From an uncultured Candidatus Saccharibacteria bacterium (GTDB lineage: Bacteria; Patescibacteriota; Minisyncoccia; UBA6257; GWB1-50-10): 15,567 nt of DNA. Position 1 is the first letter of the stretch. Every line of letters begins with the position of its first letter. This document shows, one piece after another, positions 1 through 6,488 of the stretch. The notes under the pieces are model-generated. The model saw nothing but the letters and a program-made list of their open reading frames with translations. It was not told where the DNA came from and searched no databases. The stretch is from positions 1 to 15,567 of the forward strand of contig CAYJQO010000015.1 in assembly GCA_964372445.1 (NCBI GenBank), written 5' to 3'. The position numbers and the translations under genes were made by a program.

Positions 1-131
1 AAGGAAGGAAAATTTTTGGTTTTTGCTCCCGCGACCAAAGGGAGCGGACGAGGCGCGCAGAATCCGAGCGTACGATTTAGTTTCGCTTCACCACGCACGC
101 GGGGCGTGCGACATCATTACCTTACTTTGTT

Positions 132-159
132 TTGAAAATAGGTTCTAACTTGATATAGT
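132..159 (+). promoter_or_regulatory. Candidate sigma70-type promoter for tRNA-Val: TTGAAA (132-137), 16-nt spacer, TATAGT (154-159)
   Basis: Hexamers read directly from sequence. The -10 ends 8 nt before the predicted mature tRNA 5' end at 168. Confidence 0.35.
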
Positions 160-167
160 AAAGACAC

Positions 168-240
168 GCGCGCGTAGCTCAGTGGCAGAGCGATCGCCTT
201 ACACGCGATAGGTCCTTGGTTCGAACCCAAGCGCGCGCAC
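168..240 (+). tRNA. tRNA-Val, anticodon TAC; CCA not genomically encoded (3' end ...ACC then G)
   Basis: Manual cloverleaf: acceptor stem GCGCGCG/CGCGCGC (7 bp), T8, A14, GG in D-loop. Anticodon stem ATCGC/GCGAT with loop CTTACAC (anticodon TAC). 5-nt variable loop. T-arm CTTGG-TTCGAAC-CCAAG. Discriminator A. Length 73 nt. Confidence 0.85.
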
Positions 241-327
241 CGAGAGTATCCGTAGGCGCCGCGAAACCTGGTTTCTTGTTCCAGAGTTTGACAGCGGGCA
301 GCAGCTTGCGTATCTTGTAGAAATCAT

Positions 328-810
328 ATGCAACCCCTCTTCTCGAGTTCGTTCGGCTTGAAGCTCCCGGTCCGGGAGGTCGTTCGGGAAATCATCCGCT
401 TCATGCACGCCGACCCGAAGCGTGCCTACAAGGTCATCATCGGTTCTGACTCCGAGCAGCTCGGTGCCGGGCACGCCGATTTCGTTACGGCGGTGGTGGT
501 CCACCGGGTAGGGAACGGCGGGCGGTACTTCTGGCGTCGGATCGAGCTTGGCCGATTCCACACGCTCCGCGATCGAATCATCCAGGAGGTGCTCCTCTCG
601 CTCGAGGTGGCCCATGAGGTGCTCCTCGAACTTAAGGAATCTCCGGAGACGCCCACGTGGGACTTTGAGATCCATGCTGACGTGGGCGAGAACGGCGAAA
701 CCAAAATCCTCATCCAGGAGGTAACCGGCATGATCCGGGCCCATAACTTTGAGGCGAGGACGAAGCCGCAGAGCTACGCGGCATCCAAGGTGGCTGACCG
801 GCATGTCTGA
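328..810 (+). CDS. Hypothetical protein with RNase H-like fold, tentatively YkuK/DUF458-like
   Basis: 160-aa ORF. The segment YKVIIGSDSEQLGAGHADFVTAVVVHRVGNGG resembles the first catalytic-Asp strand of RNase H-like proteins and my recollection of the YkuK family signature. The stop overlaps the start of the next gene (ATGTCTGA). Confidence 0.45.
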   Translation: MQPLFSSSFGLKLPVREVVREIIRFMHADPKRAYKVIIGSDSEQLGAGHADFVTAVVVHRVGNGGRYFWRRIELGRFHTLRDRIIQEVLLSLEVAHEVLLELKESPETPTWDFEIHADVGENGETKILIQEVTGMIRAHNFEARTKPQSYAASKVADRHV

Positions 811-1372
811 CAAGATCGTCTTCGACATCGAGACGAAGAATTCGTTCGCCGATGTCGGCGGCCACGATAACCTGCGGGACCTCCAGGTCTCGGTGGTGGG
901 CGCCTACTCCTACCGCGACGACCGCTACTACTGCTTCGATGAGCACGAGCTCTTTAAGCTTGAGGCACTCCTCAAGCGTGCCTACCTCCTCGTGGGGTTT
1001 TCCTCAAAACGTTTCGACGTGCCGGTGCTTGCGAAGTACCTCTCGATTGACGTCGCGGCGATTCCCCACTTCGACATCCTCGAGGAGGTGGAGAAGAGCT
1101 TTGGTCGCCGGGTCGGCCTAGGCATCCTCGCCGAGGCGAACCTGGGCGTGGGTAAGACCGGGCACGGCCTTGAGGCGATCGAGCTCTACCGGCAGGGCGA
1201 GATTGAGAAGCTCAAATCCTACTGTGTGAACGACGTACGGATCACCAAGGACCTCTACGAGCGTATCAAGTCCCAGGGGTTCCTGTGGGTCCCGGAGCGC
1301 GACAGCGTGAAGCTCTCCAAGGTTACCTTCAGCTACCAAGAGGTGGCGCCGCCGCAGGCGCAGCTCATCTAG
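803..1372 (+). CDS. DEDDy-type 3'-5' exonuclease (DnaQ/PolB-exonuclease-like, RNase_H_2-like family)
   Basis: The start at the internal ATG (MSDKIVFDIET...) overlaps the upstream stop by 8 nt. Exo I motif FDIET, Exo II-like KRFDVPVL, Exo III YCVNDV (YxxxD). The longer ORF-track start at 749 would overlap the upstream gene in another frame. Confidence 0.7.
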   Translation: MSDKIVFDIETKNSFADVGGHDNLRDLQVSVVGAYSYRDDRYYCFDEHELFKLEALLKRAYLLVGFSSKRFDVPVLAKYLSIDVAAIPHFDILEEVEKSFGRRVGLGILAEANLGVGKTGHGLEAIELYRQGEIEKLKSYCVNDVRITKDLYERIKSQGFLWVPERDSVKLSKVTFSYQEVAPPQAQLI

Positions 1373-1377
1373 CCGGT

Positions 1378-1683
1378 ATGAATCTTCAGAAGAATCGGGT
1401 GCTCGTCGGTGTGGTGATTTCCATTGTTGTTTTGAGCTTCATTATGGCGTACGTCCCGGCCCTCTTCCCACCTGCGCCGCCGCCCGATCAGCCGCAAAGG
1501 CTGACGCCGGAGCCGCTGCCGGTGATCGTGCCGACGAGTACGGTTCCCTCCTCCGTGCCGCTTGCGACGACCACGCCGAGCTCTGCCACCTCCGGTGCCG
1601 CACTCCCGGAAGGTTTCTCCGGTTTAGGGCAGGAGAGCCAATCGCTCGACGAGCTCAATCAGCTCCTGGAGGAGAGCCGTTAA
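1378..1683 (+). CDS. Hypothetical small membrane-anchored protein (N-terminal TM helix, Pro/Thr/Ser-rich linker, acidic C-terminus)
   Basis: ATG at 1378 lies 5 nt after the upstream stop. The hydrophobic segment LVGVVISIVVLSFIMAYVPALF is followed by PPAPPPDQPQRLTPEPLP. The ORF-track start at 1285 would overlap the upstream gene. Confidence 0.45.
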   Translation: MNLQKNRVLVGVVISIVVLSFIMAYVPALFPPAPPPDQPQRLTPEPLPVIVPTSTVPSSVPLATTTPSSATSGAALPEGFSGLGQESQSLDELNQLLEESR

Positions 1684-1745
1684 GGTTTCTCTAATTTGGG
1701 GTGCCGGCGGTGGTAACCCTCGGACGTTTTTTCTGGTAATCGACC

Positions 1746-2990
1746 GTGTTTCGGCGTAGACTGGTGCCTGTGCAGGACAAGGCGGTTGGCAAGCTCATCG
1801 CGCGGGAAACCCAGCGGCAGGGCGAGACGATCAACCTGATTGCCTCGGAGAACTACGCGTCGCGGGACGTGCTTGAAACCTTAGGGTCGGTGTTCACGAA
1901 CAAGTACGCCGAGGGGTACTCCCGACTCCGGTACTACGGCGGGAACGAGGTGGTGGACGAGCTCGAGGAGCTCGTCGGGGAGCGGGCGCTCGCGCTCTTT
2001 GATCTGGACCCGAAGCGCTGGAGCGTGAACGCACAGCCCTACTCCGGCTCCCCGGCGAATCTCGCCGTCTACCTTGCGCTCGTGCCCACGGGAGAGAAGA
2101 TTATGGGGATGCGGCTCGAGGCGGGTGGCCACCTCACCCACGGCCACAAGGTGAGCGTGACCGGACAGCTCTGGCGCCAGGTGCCCTACGGCGTGGACCC
2201 GAAAACAGAAGAGTTAAACTACGCCGCGATCGAGCGCATCGCCAAGCAGGGGCAGCCGAAGCTGATCGTGGCCGGCTACACCGCCTACTCGCGCGCCATT
2301 GATTTTAAACGGTTCCGTGAGATCGCGAACGCCGTGGGGGCCATCCTTATGGTGGATATGTCGCACGTCGCGGGCCTGGTGGCTGGCCGGGCGTACCCCT
2401 CTCCATTTCCCTACGCGGACGTGGTGACCACGACAACCCACAAGACGCTCCGGGGGCCGCGTTCGGCGCTGATTTTCTCGCGGGGGCAGATGTCCGAGAA
2501 GGTGGACCGGATTGTGTTCCCCGGCCTCCAGGGCGGACCCCATGTGAACCAAATCGCCGCGGTGGCGGTGGCCTTGGGCGAGGCCAAGCGGCCGGCCTTC
2601 CGTCGCTACGCCCGCCAGGTGGTTCGGAATGCCCGAGTGCTCGCGCGCGCCCTCCAGCGGCTCGGCTGGCGGATCGTTTCGGGGGGCACCGATAGCCACC
2701 TCTTCCTCATGGACACCTGGGCGCAACGGGTGAGCGGGAAAACCGCGAGCGATCTCCTCGAGTCGGTTGGCATCGTCGTGAATAAGAATACCATCCCGCT
2801 CGACACGCGCCCGCCGCAGGACCCTTCCGGCATCCGCATCGGTACCCCCGCGGTGACCACCCGTGGCATGGCCGAGAAAGAGATGCTCGCGATCGCCGGG
2901 CTCGTCTCGAGCACCCTGCGGCGTGAATTATTCGATAAGACCCGAGAGGCAGTTCACCGCCTTACCAAGAAATTTCCACTTCCCTACTGA
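1746..2990 (+). CDS. glyA: Serine hydroxymethyltransferase
   Basis: 414-aa ORF with LIASENY (conserved SHMT motif ELIASENF), the PLP-binding region VVTTTTHKTLRGPR (conserved T-T-T-H-K-T-L-R-G), and GGPH. The 1746 start is GTG; the exact start codon is uncertain (alternative GTGs at 1767 and 1773). Confidence 0.93.
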   Translation: MFRRRLVPVQDKAVGKLIARETQRQGETINLIASENYASRDVLETLGSVFTNKYAEGYSRLRYYGGNEVVDELEELVGERALALFDLDPKRWSVNAQPYSGSPANLAVYLALVPTGEKIMGMRLEAGGHLTHGHKVSVTGQLWRQVPYGVDPKTEELNYAAIERIAKQGQPKLIVAGYTAYSRAIDFKRFREIANAVGAILMVDMSHVAGLVAGRAYPSPFPYADVVTTTTHKTLRGPRSALIFSRGQMSEKVDRIVFPGLQGGPHVNQIAAVAVALGEAKRPAFRRYARQVVRNARVLARALQRLGWRIVSGGTDSHLFLMDTWAQRVSGKTASDLLESVGIVVNKNTIPLDTRPPQDPSGIRIGTPAVTTRGMAEKEMLAIAGLVSSTLRRELFDKTREAVHRLTKKFPLPY

Positions 2991-3020
2991 TACGAAAGAA
3001 CTTGATAAAAGGAGGGAACC

Positions 3021-3275
3021 ATGCAACTAAGGGCGTCGTGTGAGTTTCTGCCGAAAGGTTGGATTGTTTGCCCACCGTGCCGCGGATCCGGCAAAGGAAA
3101 GGGAGGAAACCATCGCTGTGGTGCGTGCGACGGAATCGGGCGAATGCCAGACCCCACACTCTCACTTTCCGGGAATGTGGTGGCACAAAGTTTGTTCGAC
3201 TTTTTCCCCTACATTCATTGTGCTATGAATGATGGGGGGCGTGATTCACAACTCGAAAGGAGGTGGGTACATTGA
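3021..3275 (+). CDS. Small zinc-ribbon protein with two DnaJ-type CxxCxGxG motifs
   Basis: Strong SD (AAAGGAGGG) 6 nt upstream of ATG 3021. CPPCRGSG and CGACDGIG are both perfect CxxCxGxG motifs, separated by 8 residues, as in one zinc centre of the DnaJ cysteine-rich domain. Composition is visibly lower in GC than the flanking genes. Confidence 0.5.
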   Translation: MQLRASCEFLPKGWIVCPPCRGSGKGKGGNHRCGACDGIGRMPDPTLSLSGNVVAQSLFDFFPYIHCAMNDGGRDSQLERRWVH

Positions 3276-3340
3276 AAGGGCCGGAAGATTGCATCTGCGG
3301 AGACTCAGATTGCGATCAGAACAATGGAGACGGTGACTAA
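3272..3340 (+). CDS. Candidate 22-codon micro-ORF (MKGPEDCICGDSDCDQNNGDGD), Cys/Asp-rich
   Basis: TTG start overlaps the TGA of the upstream ORF (aTTGA). AGGAGGTG SD sits 6-7 nt upstream. An intrinsic terminator follows about 25 nt after the TAA. Existence is not provable from sequence alone. Confidence 0.2.
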   Translation: MKGPEDCICGDSDCDQNNGDGD

Positions 3341-3364
3341 CGATCAGTCACTTCCTATTAAATG

Positions 3365-3401
3365 AGAGCCCAAGTTTGGATAACCGAACGGGCTCTTTTT
3401 A
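3365..3401 (+). terminator. Rho-independent terminator (AGAGCCC...GGGCTCT stem with internal GTTTGG/CCGAAC extension, then TTTTT)
   Basis: Stem 3365-3371/3390-3396, inner stem 3374-3379/3384-3389 including one G-U pair, loop ATAA. T-run 3397-3400. Confidence 0.55.
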
Positions 3402-3418
3402 TTCACCGCTGGCAGGCG

Positions 3419-3447
3419 TTGACAGAAATCGTGGCGTAGGCAACAAT
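3419..3447 (+). promoter_or_regulatory. Weak sigma70-like promoter: TTGACA (3419-3424), 17 nt spacer, AACAAT (3442-3447)
   Basis: Perfect -35 hexamer but a poor -10. Located just after terminator 3365-3401 and about 200 nt upstream of the next terminator. Confidence 0.2.
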
Positions 3448-3628
3448 TACCACTACCGAGTATGCCAAGCCTAGCAACAAATACGTTTGCGGTGCGCTAT
3501 TCCTACCAGGCCGTCCGTCCGTGGGCGGTCTGCTTTGCCATGTTCATCATTGCCTTCATGGCAGGTGAACTCGTCGGGAGCATGCGCGTTACCAGTACCT
3601 AGGATTCAAGCGAACCTGTACGCGCCAA

Positions 3629-3656
3629 AAACCTCCCGACCGAACGGGAGGTTTTC
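3629..3656. terminator. Bidirectional intrinsic terminator: AAACCTCCCG / CGGGAGGTTT stem, loop ACCGAA, flanked by A-run upstream and T-run downstream
   Basis: Core GC stem 3632-3638/3645-3651. TTTT at 3652-3655 on the plus strand. AAAA at 3627-3630 gives a U-run for the minus strand. Confidence 0.5.
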
Positions 3657-3695
3657 GGTTCTGGTTTGAAAATTGTCTGTGCCCATGGCCAATTT

Positions 3696-3717
3696 TCAGA
3701 CCGAAACCGCGGTCTGA
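3696..3717. promoter_or_regulatory. Perfect inverted repeat TCAGACCG-N6-CGGTCTGA (8-6-8), candidate operator or RNA hairpin upstream of the 465-aa ORF
   Basis: Arms 3696-3703 and 3710-3717 are exact reverse complements. A possible -10 TACAAT lies at 3728-3733. SD AAAGGAG at 3758-3764. Confidence 0.3.
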
Positions 3718-3772
3718 GGAGCTACTTTACAATCACATACATTCATCACCTATTCAGAAAGGAGCGTTAGCT

Positions 3773-5170
3773 ATGTATAGGTACATTGTGCCGGGGGTAC
3801 GCGCGGTAGAGGTTATTTCTGCAACAGCGGGAAGCGTGGGGGAGCAAATTCTGCGAAAGATTGCGCAGCCACGCCGGTGGGAGCACACACGCAACCAGCG
3901 TCTGTTCGGGGAGTGGCAGGACGGGTGCTGCCAGGGGGTGGTGCGTTTCAACACCGACGGGGAAACGGCGTCCCGGGAGTTTCCGGTTACGCTGAAGCTG
4001 GGCGTCGAGGAGGGGTTGGTGCTTCGAGATGTCAACGGTAGGAGCGTGTCAATCAAGGACCGAGGCAGCAATCATACGGGTGGCTACGTCATTGAGGTCG
4101 GGCGGGAATTGCCAGAGCGCCACGTTGAGCATATCGCCAACCAGATCGTCGGCTGCTGGGTCGTCCACGGTTTCCACTGGCTGAACCGTGTTCGGGAGGT
4201 GTGCAACTGGCCGTACGGCAACGACGTGCGACGCCCGGTGGCATCAACCTTCCGGGTCGTCGACGGCGGCGAGCTGCGGCTCACCTTGGGAGACCTCGTC
4301 GCGCGCGGGGCGGTCCGTTCCACACACGCCGGCCAGTGGAATCGGCCCTACACGTTGGTGCCGGCGCTCTGCGGCATGGTGATCCTCATTCACGAGTTCA
4401 AGCAATCGGGAGAGGACGTATGCATGTTCAAGGATCGGTTGATCAGCAACGACGCAGCCATCTGGGGGCCGTACTGCCGATGGGCGGAGCGTCGGGTTGG
4501 GGAGGTCGCGGAAGATTGGCTGCGTAACCTTGCGGCCGCGGCAGCCTCGCCGTTCGCCTTCCACCTCCACGCCACGCGGCGGCTATTCCCGAACTGCACC
4601 CTGAACTCGACGTACCTCGTACGTCAGCTCGGGGAGTCGAAGCTCTCCCGTATCGTTGACCACATGGTTGCCGAGGAGCCTGAGCGGGTGTACCGCCTGA
4701 TCGATGCGAGCGGTGTCACCCGTCGGCTGGTCCGCGTGACGCCGGGTGAGCTAGTGTTTGATGGAGAGCTTTCCATGCGACGTGCCGATGTGGCTGGGAA
4801 CGTGGTCCGCACGTTCCGGGAACTCATGCGCGTTGAGGAGGACATTGCGTTCGACTTGCCGAGAATCCCGCGAGCCGTGCTCGACTCACATTTCTACGTC
4901 GTCGTTTCCGGACTGGCCGAATCATCTGATTTCGAGACCGCCTACCACCTGAGCGGGAGCGAAATGTACCACTACCTGGTTGACGGGAAGGACGCGGCGG
5001 CGCACCGAATCCGGAACGAACGACTCTTCCAGCTGCTGAAGCCTGACTTTGGGATCGATCGGTTTAAGTACCACATCTTCCCAGGGGTGGCGGCGCCGGG
5101 GCCGGAGAACCAGTACACCGTGGCGCACGAACGTTTCGATCTGAAGGAGCTACGCTCACGTGTCGTCTGA
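3773..5170 (+). CDS. Hypothetical protein, 465 aa, no recognisable domain or motif
   Basis: Long ORF with SD AAAGGAG 8 nt upstream of the ATG. No Walker A, no nuclease or nucleotidyltransferase signatures found by eye. Rich in Trp, Cys, His and Arg. No TM segment. A terminator follows. Confidence 0.75.
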   Translation: MYRYIVPGVRAVEVISATAGSVGEQILRKIAQPRRWEHTRNQRLFGEWQDGCCQGVVRFNTDGETASREFPVTLKLGVEEGLVLRDVNGRSVSIKDRGSNHTGGYVIEVGRELPERHVEHIANQIVGCWVVHGFHWLNRVREVCNWPYGNDVRRPVASTFRVVDGGELRLTLGDLVARGAVRSTHAGQWNRPYTLVPALCGMVILIHEFKQSGEDVCMFKDRLISNDAAIWGPYCRWAERRVGEVAEDWLRNLAAAAASPFAFHLHATRRLFPNCTLNSTYLVRQLGESKLSRIVDHMVAEEPERVYRLIDASGVTRRLVRVTPGELVFDGELSMRRADVAGNVVRTFRELMRVEEDIAFDLPRIPRAVLDSHFYVVVSGLAESSDFETAYHLSGSEMYHYLVDGKDAAAHRIRNERLFQLLKPDFGIDRFKYHIFPGVAAPGPENQYTVAHERFDLKELRSRVV

Positions 5171-5180
5171 TGCAACAAGA

Positions 5181-5229
5181 GGAAGCTGCGAGCGAGGCAT
5201 ACGCCTCGCCGTGACCGGCTTCCTTTTTT
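5181..5229 (+). terminator. Compound intrinsic terminator: outer stem GGAAGC/GCTTCC enclosing inner stem GCGAGGC-ATAC-GCCTCGC, then TTTTTT
   Basis: Outer arms 5181-5186/5218-5223. Inner arms 5192-5198/5203-5209. T-run 5224-5229. Confidence 0.6.
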
Positions 5230-5247
5230 ATTCTATGATGGACTGGT

Positions 5248-5991
5248 ATGCGGACGCTGCGGACCCGGTTTAAGAAAGAAATCGTGGCAGAGTTTCTCCC
5301 GCCGCGGAGGCCATCAAACCGCGTCATTATTCTTTGCACCGGCATGCCGGGGGTGCCGTGCCGGAGTGACCTCGTCGATTTCTTTTCTCGGAAGGGTTTC
5401 TGGACGTTCTACCCGCGGTACCGGGGCAGCTGGGAGAGCGGGGGGAGGTTTCTCCGAGTTTCCCCGGAGCAGGATGTGCTCGACCTCATCGGGGCGCTGC
5501 CGCGCGGTTTTCGCGACCTTTGGAGCGGACGGCGCTACCGCGTGCGGCCGCAGGCGCTCTACGTGCTGGGCTCGAGCTTCGGCGGACCGGCGGCGATTCT
5601 CTCATCACGCCATCCGCGGGTCGCCAAGGCGGTTGCCCTCTCACCGGTGGTTGACTGGCGCGTGCCGAGCAGGGCGGAGCCCATGGGAAAACTGGGCCGG
5701 TTCGTGCAGGAGGCCTACGGCGGCGCGTACCGGTTCTCTCTCCGTGACTGGACTCGGCTCTCGCGCGGGGCGATCTACAACCCTGCGTCCCATACCCATG
5801 AAATCGACGGTCGGAAGCTCCTCCTCATCCACGCGAAGGACGACAAGGTGGTGCCATGGCGTCCGACGGCACGGTTTGCCCGCACGGTTGGCGCCACACC
5901 CTGGTTTCTCGCGCGCGGCGGCCACCTCTCATCCGCAAACCTTATGAAGCCACGCTTCTACCGTCGGGTGGCACAGTTCTTGCGGAGTTGA
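5248..5991 (+). CDS. Alpha/beta-hydrolase fold protein (dienelactone-hydrolase / S9-peptidase-like)
   Basis: GxSxG nucleophile elbow in VLGSSFGGP. A downstream Asp (HAKDDKVVP) and His (ARGGHL) are in the canonical order for a Ser-Asp-His triad. There is no obvious SD, and the start lies only ~18 nt after the terminator. Confidence 0.7.
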   Translation: MRTLRTRFKKEIVAEFLPPRRPSNRVIILCTGMPGVPCRSDLVDFFSRKGFWTFYPRYRGSWESGGRFLRVSPEQDVLDLIGALPRGFRDLWSGRRYRVRPQALYVLGSSFGGPAAILSSRHPRVAKAVALSPVVDWRVPSRAEPMGKLGRFVQEAYGGAYRFSLRDWTRLSRGAIYNPASHTHEIDGRKLLLIHAKDDKVVPWRPTARFARTVGATPWFLARGGHLSSANLMKPRFYRRVAQFLRS

Positions 5992-6141
5992 CAGCGCGCT
6001 GCCACCGTGCTAAACTTTCTCCACATGGTTTCCGTCGCAGCCAATTTGACCAGGGTTTTCTTCAACTTTTTCTTTAGCAACCTCTCTCGAGGAAGGGGCA
6101 GGTGTTAGTTCTCTACTAAGACTTAGGAATACTAGACCACG

Positions 6142-6165
6142 CCTCTTCCTTGGAAGAGGTTTTTT
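6142..6165 (+). terminator. Rho-independent terminator CCTCTTC-CTTG-GAAGAGG followed by TTTTTT
   Basis: 7-bp GC-rich stem 6142-6148/6153-6159, 4-nt loop, T-run 6160-6165. Lies ~150 nt downstream of the hydrolase stop. Confidence 0.65.
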
Positions 6166-6228
6166 ACTTCTTCCGTTAGCTCTTTACCAACAACCAACTC
6201 ATTCACTGTCACCAGAAAGGAGATCGTC

Positions 6229-6420
6229 ATGGCCAAGCGGCGAGGGTATGTGTCAAGCGTTAGGCGACGTCCCATGCGAGCAAGGCGGGGCAAGGGCGTT
6301 CACCCGAGGGGCGCGGCGAAGCCACGGCCGGCGGGGGCTACGGTGCCAACCGAGCCGTCCCCTAGCCCCGAGCCTTGGGTCGACCACGCGCGCGAGTACT
6401 ACCTCCACGGGTGGAGCTGA
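6229..6420 (+). CDS. Small (63 aa) highly basic hypothetical protein, apparently monocistronic
   Basis: SD GAAAGGAG 6 nt upstream of the ATG. N-terminal 35 residues are very Arg/Lys-rich; the C-terminus is Pro/Glu-rich. Terminators at 6142-6165 upstream and 6432-6458 immediately downstream. Competing ORFs in the other frames lack an SD. Confidence 0.45.
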   Translation: MAKRRGYVSSVRRRPMRARRGKGVHPRGAAKPRPAGATVPTEPSPSPEPWVDHAREYYLHGWS

Positions 6421-6431
6421 CCTACGCGCAA

Positions 6432-6458
6432 CCTCCGTGCATTCACACGGAGGTTTTT
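6432..6458 (+). terminator. Rho-independent terminator CCTCCGTG-CATTCA-CACGGAGG then TTTTT
   Basis: 8-bp perfect stem 6432-6439/6446-6453. T-run 6454-6458. It sits inside the in-frame N-terminal extension of the folD ORF, which argues that folD starts at 6489. Confidence 0.65.
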
Positions 6459-6488
6459 GCTTGCTACGATACAGGTGACATCGAACGT

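Noticed and set aside
25-110. Two GC hairpins (GCTCCC...GGGAGC at 25-45; CGCACG...CGTGCG at 93-109) at the window edge
   Set aside because: The first is preceded rather than followed by a T-run. The second has only a distant T-rich tract. They may be the tail of an upstream gene's terminator, but the window is truncated and this cannot be supported.
749-802. Upstream extension of the exonuclease ORF (MRRGRSRRATRHPRWLTG)
   Set aside because: It overlaps the 3' end of the preceding gene in another frame. The conserved exonuclease Exo I motif begins right after the internal Met at 803, which forms an ATGTCTGA stop/start overlap.
199-828. 209-aa minus-strand ORF overlapping the tRNA and the 328-810 ORF
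   Set aside because: It runs antisense through a tRNA gene and a better-supported plus-strand ORF. Long antisense ORFs are expected by chance in high-GC DNA. No RBS.
3487-3669. 60-aa ORF in the terminator-bracketed intergenic segment
   Set aside because: No SD, and the stop lies beyond the bidirectional terminator. The region is more parsimoniously non-coding (candidate sRNA or leader).
3000-3770. Possibility that the AT-richer 770-bp stretch is a known structured RNA (RNase P RNA, tmRNA, SRP RNA)
   Set aside because: I could not find the RNase P P4/CR motifs (GGAAAGTCCGG, ACAGAAA in context), a tmRNA tag-peptide or T-arm, or the SRP domain IV motif. The 84-aa ORF also has genuine CxxCxGxG protein motifs.
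6375-6488. Longer N-terminal extension of folD (start at 6375)
   Set aside because: The extension would overlap the SD-preceded 63-aa ORF and contains the intrinsic terminator 6432-6458. The conserved FolD N-terminus begins at Met 6489.
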